From Candidatus Azobacteroides sp. (GTDB taxonomy: Bacteria > Bacteroidota > Bacteroidia > Bacteroidales > WRGA01): a stretch of 64,000 nucleotides of DNA. The notes below the pieces were generated by a model that was not told the DNA's origin, did no database searches, and worked only from the letters and a program-made list of their open reading frames with translations. The position numbers and the translations under genes were made by a program. The stretch lies in assembly GCA_021201815.1 (NCBI GenBank), contig JAJQEC010000090.1, positions 30,881 through 94,880 on the forward strand. Direction: 5' to 3'. Each line of letters starts with the position of its first letter. Within the stretch, counting starts at the first letter, position 1. Shown one piece after another: positions 37,268-49,000 of this stretch.

Positions 37268-39037
37268 ATGTTTCAAGATAATAATACATTATATAAATCT
37301 TTTTTTCCATTCATACTTACTGTGTTTATGAACTTGTTTGTCTGGCAGGTTTGTTTCGGCCGTACCGGTACCGGAAATGAGATGCCTAACTCAGATAATG
37401 TATATCCGGAGATTGAAGAATACCGTCGAACGTTAACCCCTGAAAGAGAACAAGCATACCAACAGGCTCTGGCACACTATAACAGCCAATCACATCCGCT
37501 TCCTTCAGTAACTAAAAACCATCGTCTGTCGGAACGGTTTAATCAGGTAATAAATTTACCCGAAACGGATGCGGCACAAGTTTCCGACAAGATTTTTGCT
37601 TTGCAGCGGTTGTCTGCCGATGCCGGCCGGAAGCGGGAAACCTGTCTCGAAATGGAATGCCTGTACCGGGCTTTTATGCTGGCATTCTGGTCGCAATATC
37701 GGCAATACGATAAAGGATTTGAGTTGGCGCTCATCATGGAAGAACGACTTGCAAATATTACAGAAGACCAATATCCCGATTGTCGGAATGCGTATTTTCG
37801 GATAAGCGAAGGATATTACCTGTTTAAAGATTACGATAAAAGTATCGAACTTGCCCTGCATGCCATTACCGATAATCCCGCTCGTTCATTCACGGACCGT
37901 GCCAATCTCGAAGGCCGTAAAATCCTGGCAATGGCCTATGGAATGATCGGGGAATTTGATATATCCGACCAATATATTCGTTCTACATGGGGGAGTGGTG
38001 ATATAGTAGAAGACCGGCCGGTATTCGATGCTGTGGCGTTGGCACACATGGCTTGTAACGAGATGGATAAAGGCAACTGGCGGAAAGCCCTCGCGCTTAA
38101 TACGGAAGTACTGGACTACCTTAAAACTACCGACGATTACGGCCATGTAGCCGGCATGTATGCCTGCCAGTGTTTCTGTTATTTCGGGCTGGGAGAACCG
38201 GAAAATGTAGGTTCTGCTGCTGACAGCATTTTAGTATATACCCGTCGTGACTGGTATAATCAGAATAAACGGCTGAAACAGGCATATAAAAACCTTTCGC
38301 GTTATAACGGAATCATAGCCAATATTCCGAAGATGCAGGAGTATCAGGACTCCCTGGTAGCAATCTATGAGCGCGAACAGGCAGCTGCCACATCGCAGTA
38401 TATCCTGCGGGCAGAACAGGAAATTGCACGCAGTAAACTCCTGGCAAGAGATGAAACACTGCGCCACCAGTGGAATTTTATTATTGTTGTATTGTTTATT
38501 CTTATCCTTTCCATTGTTTTTCTGGTTATTATCTTAAGGCTTTACAGGAGTAAGCAGGCAGCCTACAAAACACTTGCCGTAAAAGCACAGCAATGGGCGA
38601 AATATTCGGATAATTCTACTTCTATGCCCGTTTTAAAGGATGACGTAGAAAGCGAAAGTCTCCCTACTGAGGATGAAACACAGCAGGCTGAAAAACTAAA
38701 GGAGTTCATGAATACCCACACTCCATATACCGATCCAGAGCTTACCTTGGAAGGACTCGCCGGTATGTTGGGAGTTAACCGTAGTCAGCTTTCGCGGATT
38801 ATCAACCGGTCATTCGGTGTCAATTTTAATCAGTTTGTAAATGAGTACCGGGTAAAAGCAGCCATCCGTATTATGTCCGATGCACAGTCGGCACATCTTT
38901 CGACGGAACAAATTATCGAACAGGCCGGTTTTAACAGTCGTAGTTCCTTTTATCAGATGTTCAAGCAGACCACCGGCCTTACCCCCGCACAATACCGGAA
39001 AACAAAAGTCGGTGTCGATACTGAAGTAACTCATTAA
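37268..39037 (+). CDS. TPR-like sensor / single TM / AraC-family HTH regulator
   Basis: 589 aa. N-terminal signal or TM segment, ~350-aa helical repeat region, TM segment IIVVLFILILSIVFLVIIL, C-terminal HTH (LAGMLGVNRSQLSRIINRSFGVNFNQFVNEYRV...AGFNSRSSFYQMFK). Confidence 0.8.
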   Translation: MFQDNNTLYKSFFPFILTVFMNLFVWQVCFGRTGTGNEMPNSDNVYPEIEEYRRTLTPEREQAYQQALAHYNSQSHPLPSVTKNHRLSERFNQVINLPETDAAQVSDKIFALQRLSADAGRKRETCLEMECLYRAFMLAFWSQYRQYDKGFELALIMEERLANITEDQYPDCRNAYFRISEGYYLFKDYDKSIELALHAITDNPARSFTDRANLEGRKILAMAYGMIGEFDISDQYIRSTWGSGDIVEDRPVFDAVALAHMACNEMDKGNWRKALALNTEVLDYLKTTDDYGHVAGMYACQCFCYFGLGEPENVGSAADSILVYTRRDWYNQNKRLKQAYKNLSRYNGIIANIPKMQEYQDSLVAIYEREQAAATSQYILRAEQEIARSKLLARDETLRHQWNFIIVVLFILILSIVFLVIILRLYRSKQAAYKTLAVKAQQWAKYSDNSTSMPVLKDDVESESLPTEDETQQAEKLKEFMNTHTPYTDPELTLEGLAGMLGVNRSQLSRIINRSFGVNFNQFVNEYRVKAAIRIMSDAQSAHLSTEQIIEQAGFNSRSSFYQMFKQTTGLTPAQYRKTKVGVDTEVTH

Positions 39038-39537
39038 ATAAATAGATTGAAGATTAAAATAGGCAAATTAGAGAGTAAGAATGTGATTAAGAAAACATAA
39101 GTTTTTTGTAATTTCCGGCATTCTTTCTTTTTTATTTCCCTGCCTCCTATCCGGTATATATGGAATCTTCAGCATCCGGCCTGCATCCTTTTACTACCGG
39201 ACTTTTACCTAAGGGTCGGAAGTTTGCTTTCAACCATGGCTAGTCCGGAAGGTACGCCAAATCTAATCCTGAAATTTAATAAAACTACAAGTTGCTATAC
39301 ACCCATTTGGTTTTTTATTCTTGTACCTGTATTTTAAGCCGGCAATAAAAAGAGAAGAAGATTAAAATTTACAGGTTTATAGTTTAAATTTCCCCTGTTA
39401 TAGTTAAACGCCTCCATTTACTTTTTTACAATCTTTACAGTCCATTTTACAAACATAACATTGTTTGTCATAAGCGCCGGATATATCCTTACCTCTCAGA
39501 AAGGCTTAACAAAACAGAAAATAAACAATAAATTCAG

Positions 39538-39759
39538 ATGGAGTCACAACTTATTCAATACAAGATTTACGAACACAGAGAGCAACGTATGATGCCAGCG
39601 TATGTTGCGGAGGAAATTTGGCAGATAGAGACTAAAAACTTCGGGTATTCGGTTCGATGTACTATGTCCCGTTTTCCACCGGATTTCATAGTTCAATTGA
39701 TAAAAGAAAGATGGAAAACTTTAAGGTGTCAGGATTGCCCCTCATTCGTATGCTTTTGA
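39538..39759 (+). pseudogene. Degenerate, truncated ORF6N-domain (KilA-N-related) gene fragment
   Basis: LIQYKIYEHREQRMM...IETKNFGYSVRCTMSRFPPDFIVQLIKE resembles the ORF6N consensus (IQ.KIY.IRG..VMLD..LA..Y.VETK.L..AV.RN..RFP.DFMF.LT.EE) but is mutated and ends after 73 aa. Confidence 0.45.
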
Positions 39760-39832
39760 GTTTCCGGATATGCAGGAAAGTATTCCTTTCGTTGTATTTA
39801 TCTTCAACAATTATTCCAAACTTTAGTGTAAG

Positions 39833-40634
39833 ATGGCAAAGATAAAAGTAAAAGATCCAGAAGTGGCAGTAATTCAGATAGGAAACGAAGATTATATTTG
39901 TATTACCGATATGGTCCGGGCAAAAGATGGTGATTTTTTTGTAACAGATTGGTTACGTAATAGAAATACATTAGAATATCTGGGAATTTGGGAACAAGTT
40001 TACAACGCGGATTTTAATTATGGCGAATTCGCCATAATTAAAAGTAAAGCAGGTCTGAATAACTTCAAAATCAGTGTGAAAGAGTTTGTCGCCCGAACCC
40101 ATGCCATTGGTTTGCAAGCGAAAGCCGGACGCTACGGCAGTACATATGCTCAGAAAGATATTGCTTTCGAGTTTGCGATGTGGGTCAGTCCGAAGTTTAA
40201 AATATATATTGTCAGAGAATTCCAACGGCTCAAAGAACAGGAACAAACAGCTTTGGAATGGTCTGCCAGGCGGGAACTTTCCAAAATAAACTATCACATT
40301 CATACGGATGCCATTAAACACAACCTTATTCCTGCTGAACTGACTGCACAACAGGTTTCACAAGTATATTCCCATGAAGCTGATGTCCTGAATATGGCTC
40401 TGTTTGGTATCACCGCTAAAGAAATGGCGGAAAGCCAATCCGGAACTGAAAGGAAATATCCGGGATTATGCTACCATTCATGAACTGATCTGCCTTTCCA
40501 ATATGGAAAATCTGAATGCTGTTTTTATTCATGATGGTATGACACAAAAAGAACGGTTAATCAAACTTAATCAGATAGCCATTCAGCAAATGAGGATATT
40601 GCAGGAAATAGAGGAACAAAAGCTACTGAGATAA
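39833..40634 (+). pseudogene. KilA-N domain protein with a +1 frameshift near 40418-40426
   Basis: ORF 39833..40483 (N-terminal KilA-N: EDYICITDM...WLRNRNTLEYLGIWE) and ORF 40404..40634 (WRKANPELKGNIRDYATIHELICLSNMENLNAVFI) join as ...GITAKE-WRKANPELKGN if one A of GAAATGG is removed. Confidence 0.65.
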
Positions 40635-40772
40635 GAAACCGGACAGGGATTTTCCTTGTTTTTATACCCGAATAAAATGATAGTATATATCTCAAAGATT
40701 CGTATGCCATTTAACGGATCAAGCCTGCTCATGTATGGGAAGGAAAACTTTTAAATTTTGTTAAATGTCCGG

Positions 40773-40812
40773 AAAAGTTGTCCGGAATTATCATTCCGGA
40801 CAACTTTTTTTT
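40773..40812 (+). terminator. Strong rho-independent terminator
   Basis: AAAAGTTGTCCGGAA-TTATCAT-TCCGGACAACTTTT followed by a T run. Confidence 0.7.
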
Positions 40813-41089
40813 GTCTTCAAACTACATTTGGACTGTAAAAATATTTCCATAATTTACCGGTTATTGGTAAGGTTTAATCACTACTATATTAACATCCCTT
40901 GTCAAGAAAGTTGAAAAGCGATCAGAATCAAATTAAACCCTTTTAGTCGGATCATTAGAAATGTTAAACTAATATGTGAAAGATCAAATATGGAAGGAAG
41001 ATAAAGCCTCTACTTATTTTTATCAGGACAAAATAAAAATACTCCCATTAAAAAAGCAAACAAGAAGACAAAAATAATAACATACAGCT

Positions 41090-44000
41090 ATGAAAATCTT
41101 TAAACTCTTACTCACAGGGGTATATTTCTTTTTTATCACGACCATTCTTTTTTCCCAGACTATTAATCCTAACTCAGATGGCATTGTATATGTCAAAGGA
41201 GACATCCTATTCCCAGGTGACGGAAGCTCATGGGTCAACGCTGTTACCGAACTGTCCGATGTACTGGAAGCTTGCCGAAGCAATCCCAACATCAAAGAAA
41301 TCTGGATTACCTCCGGTACCTACATACCTCAGAATATAGTCAGTGGTGGTTCAGAGGAGCGCGACAAGTCTTTTGTACTTCCTTCCGGAGTAAAAATATA
41401 CGGCGGATTTACCGGTCTGGAAACAGACCTCAGCCAACGGGATCCACAAATCAATAAAACCATCTTAAGCGGAGCCTTTACCAATAGCTCTTTCCTACCT
41501 GATAGTGTTTACCACGTAGTCCTTGCCACCGGCGATATGGGCGGAGCCATCCTCGACGGCGTAACCATTACCGGAGGGAAAGCGGATGAATTAGGTTTCA
41601 TTACTCATAATTCATATAGGATAACTAAGAATTACGGAGGAGGCATATACCTGCATAACATTTCCAATTTTACACTTGCCAATATAACAGTAGAAAAAAA
41701 TTCTTCCGATAACAATGGTGGCGGAATGTACCTGAGTAATTCCAGCCCGGATATACAGGAGATAACTATACAATACAACACGTCCCGGAACAGTGCCGGC
41801 GGTGGAATATATCTGTCCGAGTCACACCCCGACATGCAGGATATCCGAATATTAAATAACTATGCCGGATATACCGGCGGAGGCATGCATCTGTCTACCT
41901 CCAATCCCGATATGAGACGTGTCACCATACAACATAATACTGCCAATACAAATGGCGGTGGAATGTACCTGCAAAGCTCCACGCCTGCCACTATGCAAGA
42001 TATAGATATCCAATACAACACAGCCACTGCTTCCGGTGGAGGAATGTATCTCAACAGTTCCTCTGACCCACAAATAGAACAATTTAAAATAGATAATAAT
42101 ACAGCCAGAAGTGGTGGCGGAATATATAATTCTTCCTCTTCTCCGACAATGAAATCCGGTTCCATTAGCAACAATATCTATGGAACAGAGAATAATTCGA
42201 TGGGCGGTGGTATGTATAATGCTTCTTCCTCCCCTTCAATAACAGACATTATTATATCCGGAAATAAACTTGCTGATGCAACCAAATTGTTAATCTCCGG
42301 CGGTGGAATATACAATTATAATTCCTCTCCCGTTATTACGAATGTTATTATTAGTAATAATACAGCTGTTTATTCCGGTGGTGGAGTAAGTAATGCCGGT
42401 GCGTCTTCTGCCCCAGAATTTACCAATGTGCTCTTCACAGGAAATAAGGTAACCCAGGCAGGAGGGCAAGGTGGAGCGATGAACACCAGTCATACTACTC
42501 CCGATATAACCTTTACCATGACGAATGTTACGATCAGTAATAATACCGCTGACCAGGGAAGTGCCCTCTATAACAGCAATGTAACAGGAGCAGAAATACG
42601 AAACACTATCATCTGGGAAAATGGCAATGGTACCAATAACATATACAACGCCCTCGCAACAGATCTTACACACAAACACTCCCTCATACAGGGAAGTTAT
42701 GGCGGAGCTACCTGGAATACAAGCGTAGGCACCGACGGCGGCAACAACATCGCATCCGATCCGAAGTTTGCCGACCCCGCTTTAGACGATTATACCCTCG
42801 ATATATCCAGCCCCGCTATCAACAAAGGCTACAGCGACTATATCACCGGTGCCGACACCGACCTCGCAGGAAATCCCCGCATCTATGGCAGAAGCGTGGA
42901 TATGGGAGCCTACGAATTCCAGTCCGACCCGGTTCTTCCCGATCATAACGGCATTTTATACGTAGCTGCCGACGGCACAGGCGTGGGAAATAGCTGGGAT
43001 AATGCATTCCCCGGATTGGCAGATGCGTTGCTGTATGCGGAAAGTATACCGGAAATAAAACAACTCTGGCTTAAAGCCGGCACTTATACACCTGCTTATA
43101 TAGCCGGTAACGGCACGGAAGAAAAAGACATGGCTTTCGTCCTGCCTGCCGGAATAAAAATCTACGGCGGATTCGCCGGTACCGAAACCGACCTTGCAGA
43201 CCGCGACCTTACCGTAAATAAGACCATATTAAGCGGTGTATTTACCAATAACATACAGCAGGCAGATAACGTCTACCATGTTGTAGTTGCAACCGGCGAT
43301 ATGCAGGATGCTGTCCTCGATGCCGTAACCATCACCGGAGGGAAAGCCACCGGAACATTTACATCCGTAACCATCCATTCAAAAAATGTATATAAAAATT
43401 ACGGAGGAGGAATTTACCTGCAGGAAACCTCAAATTTAACTATCTCCAATGTATCCGTAACCGGAAACCAGTCCAATACCTATGGAGGCGGTATTTATCT
43501 GAATCTTGCAGAAGCAACCTTGAAAAATATCCGCGTAGAAGGCAATGCATCCCTCTCAGGTTACGGAGGAGGAATATGTAATAACGCATCTTTGCCCGTC
43601 ATTACCCATGCTATTATTACAGACAATACCGCTAATTATTTCGGAGGTGGCATTCATTCGCTGGGAGCTACGTCCCACTTTACCCTTACCAATATTCTCC
43701 TTGCACGTAATACCGCTTCCAGGGGAGGGGGTATGTATACCGCCGCAGGAATTTTTGAAATGACGAATGCGACAGTTACCGGTAATGAGGCTACCGACAC
43801 CGGAAATTATGGAGGAGGATTATATAACATAGGGGCTACGGGTAGTAGCGTAAAGAACACCATTATCTGGGACAACGGCAAAAACAATATTACCAAAGGA
43901 GCTAACGACTATACGGAGTACTTCCATTCCCTGATAGAAAACGGCTATACCAATAACCTGTGGAATACGAATATCGGTATTGACGGTGGCAATAATATTG

Positions 44001-46081
44001 CCTCCGATCCCTTATTTACCGACCCCGCATCCGGGAATTACACCTTATCCGTATACAGCCCTGCGGTAGATAAAGGAAACAATTCCTATATTTCCGGCAT
44101 TGATACAGACCTTGCCGGAAATAGCCGCATATATGGAAGCGGGCAGGTAGATATGGGAGCGTATGAACTGCAAAGTCTGCCCTCCGGCCCCGATCATAAC
44201 GGCATTCTCTATGTTTCCCAAACAGGGGACGGAACTCAGTTGGGTAATAGCTGGGACAATGCATTGCCGGGCCTGGCAACAGGATTGCTTGTAGGAAGTA
44301 CGAATCCTGATGTAAAAGAAATCCGGATCAAAGCCGGAACCTATACCCCGGAATATGCTTTCGGCAATGGCACACAGGAGCGCGATAAAACCTTCTTCCT
44401 TCCTGCCGGAATAAAAATATACGGTGGATTTGACGGTTCCGAAATCACTCCGGAAGATCGTGACTACGAAACAAACAAAGTAATCCTGAGTGGCGTAACC
44501 GGCGCAACGGGAACAGCAGCCGACAGTGTGTACCATGTAGTAGTAGCGGTAGGCGATATGAACGGAGCCTGCCTCGACGGAGTAACCATTACAGGGGGAA
44601 ACGGAGGTACCGGCAATGTTTCGGTAAACGGGCTGAATGTTTCCAGAAGCAACGGAAGCGGCATTTGTATTCAGCAGGTTTCCGGTTTCTCCCTTGCCAA
44701 TATATCCGTAACAGGGAATTATGGAGCCGGATTCGGTGGGGGTATATATATAGGGAATACTACCGATATTTCCCTTACCAATATGACAGTAGATAATAAT
44801 TACAGCGGTAACAATGATGGGGGTATTTACATGTCAACTATTTCCGGATTAACACTTTCTGATCTCACGGTAAAGGATAACAGGATTAATAACGGTAGTG
44901 GAGGAGGTATGTACATGACGAATATCACCTATTCCGTATTTTCCAACGTTACGGTAAATCGTAATATCAGTCCTGTGTCTGCAGGTGGAATACTTCTCAG
45001 CAATTCTGATTCTACACTTGTTATTGACAATTTAGAGATAAAGGAAAATAACGGATCCCGGGGAGCCGGAATATATCTCAGTAATTCATCACCGGTGATG
45101 AAGTCTATCCGCATTACAGAGAATATATTAAGACCAGCAAATCCTACAAGAGGAGGAGGAATATACTTCACCAATTCTTCATCCCCGGAAATAACTGATC
45201 TCATTCTTACAGGCAACCGGCTGAAGGATGGAACAATAACTGATACAGGCATGCGTGGCGGGGGTATATACAATGAAAACTCATCACCTGTCATTACAAA
45301 CGCCATCATAAAAGATAATAGTTGCGGATATACCGGAGGAGGAATAAATAGTACAGGTGCTTCTTCAAATCCCAAACTTATCAATGTACTCATAACAGGA
45401 AATACCTTAACCCACTCCGGCACATTCGGCGGAGGAATAATGAGCGAAAATGGCGAATTGGAACTTATCAACGTAACCATTTCCGGAAATACAGCCCTGT
45501 ATGGAAGCGGGCTATATAATAACGGATCAACCAGAATAGACGTAAAAAACAGTATTATATGGGACAATGGCACCGGAACAAACAACATAGCTTCGCAGAA
45601 TCCTAATACTACCGGCTTCTATCATTCTCTTATACAAAGGGCACATGCTGCCGATGGCACATGGGAGGAAATTACAGGAACAGATCATGGCGGAAATATA
45701 TCACAAGATCCCCTGTTTACCGATCCTGCATCCAGCGATTACACCCTGACTATATACAGCCCGGCGGTAAACAAAGGAAACAAAGACTACCTGGCCGGTA
45801 TTCTTACGGATCTTGCCGGCAATACCCGCATTTACGACAATGACCCGGATATGGGTGCCTATGAGCTCCAACAGCAGGTGGCCGGGCCCGATGTCAACGG
45901 TATCCTCTATATTTCCGAAGACGGAGACGGCACAAAAACAGGAAGCAGCTGGGACGATGCTTTCCCCGGACTTGCCAATGCCCTGAAGTTCGCAGAAACA
46001 AATTCCACTATAACACAACTCTGGATCAAAGCCGGCACCTATGTACCGATCCATCTTGCCGGAAACGGAGACCTGGAATAG
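41090..46081 (+). CDS. N-terminal 1663-codon part of a giant T9SS beta-helix adhesin (signal peptide present); ends at an in-frame TAG
   Basis: Signal peptide MKIFKLLLTGVYFFFITTILFSQ. There are 3.1 tandem modules of the form ILYV..DG.G.SWD.AF..L..AL....LW.KAGTY.P......D..F.LPAG.KIYGGF.G.E...DRD...NKTILSG...DSVYHVV...GDM....LDGVTITGG, followed by many GGG(I/M)Y beta-helix rungs, each ending D.GAYE. Confidence 0.85.
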   Translation: MKIFKLLLTGVYFFFITTILFSQTINPNSDGIVYVKGDILFPGDGSSWVNAVTELSDVLEACRSNPNIKEIWITSGTYIPQNIVSGGSEERDKSFVLPSGVKIYGGFTGLETDLSQRDPQINKTILSGAFTNSSFLPDSVYHVVLATGDMGGAILDGVTITGGKADELGFITHNSYRITKNYGGGIYLHNISNFTLANITVEKNSSDNNGGGMYLSNSSPDIQEITIQYNTSRNSAGGGIYLSESHPDMQDIRILNNYAGYTGGGMHLSTSNPDMRRVTIQHNTANTNGGGMYLQSSTPATMQDIDIQYNTATASGGGMYLNSSSDPQIEQFKIDNNTARSGGGIYNSSSSPTMKSGSISNNIYGTENNSMGGGMYNASSSPSITDIIISGNKLADATKLLISGGGIYNYNSSPVITNVIISNNTAVYSGGGVSNAGASSAPEFTNVLFTGNKVTQAGGQGGAMNTSHTTPDITFTMTNVTISNNTADQGSALYNSNVTGAEIRNTIIWENGNGTNNIYNALATDLTHKHSLIQGSYGGATWNTSVGTDGGNNIASDPKFADPALDDYTLDISSPAINKGYSDYITGADTDLAGNPRIYGRSVDMGAYEFQSDPVLPDHNGILYVAADGTGVGNSWDNAFPGLADALLYAESIPEIKQLWLKAGTYTPAYIAGNGTEEKDMAFVLPAGIKIYGGFAGTETDLADRDLTVNKTILSGVFTNNIQQADNVYHVVVATGDMQDAVLDAVTITGGKATGTFTSVTIHSKNVYKNYGGGIYLQETSNLTISNVSVTGNQSNTYGGGIYLNLAEATLKNIRVEGNASLSGYGGGICNNASLPVITHAIITDNTANYFGGGIHSLGATSHFTLTNILLARNTASRGGGMYTAAGIFEMTNATVTGNEATDTGNYGGGLYNIGATGSSVKNTIIWDNGKNNITKGANDYTEYFHSLIENGYTNNLWNTNIGIDGGNNIASDPLFTDPASGNYTLSVYSPAVDKGNNSYISGIDTDLAGNSRIYGSGQVDMGAYELQSLPSGPDHNGILYVSQTGDGTQLGNSWDNALPGLATGLLVGSTNPDVKEIRIKAGTYTPEYAFGNGTQERDKTFFLPAGIKIYGGFDGSEITPEDRDYETNKVILSGVTGATGTAADSVYHVVVAVGDMNGACLDGVTITGGNGGTGNVSVNGLNVSRSNGSGICIQQVSGFSLANISVTGNYGAGFGGGIYIGNTTDISLTNMTVDNNYSGNNDGGIYMSTISGLTLSDLTVKDNRINNGSGGGMYMTNITYSVFSNVTVNRNISPVSAGGILLSNSDSTLVIDNLEIKENNGSRGAGIYLSNSSPVMKSIRITENILRPANPTRGGGIYFTNSSSPEITDLILTGNRLKDGTITDTGMRGGGIYNENSSPVITNAIIKDNSCGYTGGGINSTGASSNPKLINVLITGNTLTHSGTFGGGIMSENGELELINVTISGNTALYGSGLYNNGSTRIDVKNSIIWDNGTGTNNIASQNPNTTGFYHSLIQRAHAADGTWEEITGTDHGGNISQDPLFTDPASSDYTLTIYSPAVNKGNKDYLAGILTDLAGNTRIYDNDPDMGAYELQQQVAGPDVNGILYISEDGDGTKTGSSWDDAFPGLANALKFAETNSTITQLWIKAGTYVPIHLAGNGDLE

Positions 46082-46093
46082 GATAAAACTTTT

Positions 46094-49000
46094 ATGCTGC
46101 CAGCCGGAGTGGAAATATACGGTGGGTTTGATGGTACGGAAAGCACTCCGGATGCACGTGACATCGAAACCAACAAAACCATCCTTAACGGAGCATTTAT
46201 CAATGCACAAAGTCAACCCGACAGCGTGTACCATGTGGTGACAGCCATCGGAGACATGGCTGGCACAATCCTGGACGGCGTAACCATTACCGGAGGAAAA
46301 GCCACCGGTTCATCGTCTGTAATGGTAGACGGAGACAGTAATAAACGCATATACCGGAACTATGGAGGAGGCATATACCTTCACCAGGTAACAAATCTCA
46401 TCCTTTCAGGCATACAGATAAAAGAAAACAAAGCGCTTACGTATGGAGGAGGTATATACATGAGTGATTCGGATCCGACCATCACAAATGTAGAAATAAC
46501 GAACAACCTGCTAACCTATTCGACCAGTTACGGCGGAGGTATGTATCTCCAGAACTCTTCCCCGGCAATCGAACATACTAAGATCAACAACAATACAGCC
46601 CTTTATGGTGGTGGTGGGATGCACCTGAACACCAATTCCGACCCGATTATGGAATACGTAGAGATTGATGCCAACAGTGCAAGAATGGGAGGAGGTATGT
46701 ATATTAACAGCTCTTCACCGGTCATGTCTTTCGTATCTATTACCAATAATATATACGGAACAACAGGAAGTTCACATGGCGGGGGTATCTATAACAATAA
46801 TTCAACACTGGAAATGACAAACATGCTTATTTCCGGAAACTACTATTCCAACCAGGCTGCAACGTCCAACATGTATGGAGGAGGAATATACAACAATGGC
46901 AATACTTCCAGCATTACAATCAACAAATCCATCATCAAAGACAACGAAGCAAGAGCCGGCGGTGGCATATACAACAACAATGCCACATCCCTGATTACCA
47001 ATACCGCAATCAGGAATAACACCGCAAAAACAGCCTCCGGTGGTGGCGGAATATACAACAATGGCACTACTGCCCATACTTCCCTTACCAATGTGCTGCT
47101 GGCAGAAAATAAAACCACTGCTACCATGACCGGTGGCGGAGCCATATACAATTATCAGGGAACAGCTGAAATAGTTAATACGACTATTTCGGGACATCAT
47201 ACATCATGGTATGTGATATATAATACCTCCACCATGGAAATAAAAAACAGTATCCTCTGGGGAAATACAGCTATGGCACTTATAAATAACGGAGCCACTG
47301 GTAGGATTGATTTTTATAACTCTCTAATAGAAGGAGTCTACGACTCCGATGGCACCTGGAAAACCACTTTTGGTACAGACAAAGGAAACAACATTGCCAG
47401 CGATGCTATGTTTACCGATGCCACAACAGGCGATTATACCCTGACGATCTACAGTCCCGCCATTGGTAAAGGAAATAACAGTTACATAATGGGCTATCCT
47501 ACCGACCTTGCCGGCAATGATCGGATATACGGAGGGAATGTAGATATGGGGGCATACGAACTGCACAGTCAGCCTGCGGGCCCTGATAGCAATGGTATCC
47601 TTTATATTTCCGAGACAGGTGACGGAGAAAAGCGCGGAAACAACTGGGAGGATGCATTCCCCGGACTTGCCAACGCCCTCGAATTTGCCGAAGCTAATCC
47701 CGATGTAAAACAACTATGGCTTAAAGCAGGAACTTATGTGCCCGAAAAATTAACGGATCCGAACAACCAGACTGCAAGCGACAAATCATTCTATCTCATC
47801 AGGGATATAGAAATATACGGGGGATTTGCCGGAACGGAAACCAGCCCTGCAGCCCGTGAGCCCGGAAATAACCCGACCATATTAAACGGAGTGATCGGTA
47901 ATTCCGGTGTTGCAACAGACAGCGTTTATCACGTGGTCACCGCAGCCGGTGATATGGGAAGCGCTCTCCTGGACGGAGTAACCATCACCGGAGGACGTGC
48001 CTATGGTAACTCATCTAACCGCAACGGATACGGAGGAGGTGTTTACCTTAATCAAGCATCCGGGCTTATGATTAGTAATACCATTATTACCGGGAATTAT
48101 GCCCGAAACTACGGAGGAGGAATATACAACCACATGTCATCCGCTACCCTGGAAAACGTTACCATCAGCCATAACAAAGCACAGAACTTCGGAGGAGGAA
48201 TGGCTGTATTTGCAGGAACATCCGTCATTACCAACAGTAATTTCAATAACAATACCTCTTACTCGAGCGGAGGAGCACTTTATCTCCAAAACACCAGTTC
48301 CGGAGCTATTACCGGAACCCGATTTACAGAAAATACCGCTACCTCTTCCACCGCAATGGGAGGTGCCATTTACCTGGCAGAAAGTTCCCCACTTATAAAC
48401 CGAGTCCTTATAAAAGACAACACGGCTACATACAGAGGAGGAGGGATTTACACCGGTACCGGTTCCAATCCCGCCATTGTCAATACCATTATTACCGGTA
48501 ACACCTCTAACGAAGGAGGGGCCATGGGTATTACCAGCGAACCCACGCTCACCAATGTCACCATGACCAACAATACAGCGTTAGACCGTGGAGGAGCTAT
48601 GTATAACACTACCGGCAGCAACCCGCGTACCCGCAACAGCATCATTTGGAATAATAAAAGCCGGCGCGACGGAGCCATTTACAACCTCGTGGCAGGTTCG
48701 GGAACCGGACAGGCAACCTTCGAATACACCCTTCTGCAGGATGCGTTCGATGCCAGCGGAAACTGGAAGACTGCTAACGGAATCAATGCCGGAAATAATA
48801 TCGATGCCAACCCTCGGTTTACGGACCCGGAAGCGGAAGATTTTCACCTGGTGCAGCTCAGCCCTGCCCGTAACAAAGGAAACAATTCCTATTATGCCGC
48901 CGGAAGTACACCCGACATCCAAAGTTGCATATATGATTACGAAGACAACGACCGTTTCCATAACAATGGTGTGGTAGACCTCGGAGCCTACGAAGCCCAA

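Noticed and set aside
4948-46081. I considered whether the two in-frame TAG codons, in the transglutaminase gene and the adhesin, signal TAG reassignment or programmed amber read-through.
   Set aside because: TAG is used as a genuine terminator elsewhere in the window. The TPR gene ends at 10499-10501 and is followed by an intrinsic terminator, and the kinase gene ends at 14462-14464. In-frame TAA stops occur in the same window. The two TAG contexts share no motif. Ordinary nonsense mutation is the simpler explanation. TAG is directly backed by TAA in two genes (14465, 57301), but that is too weak to argue for leaky decoding.
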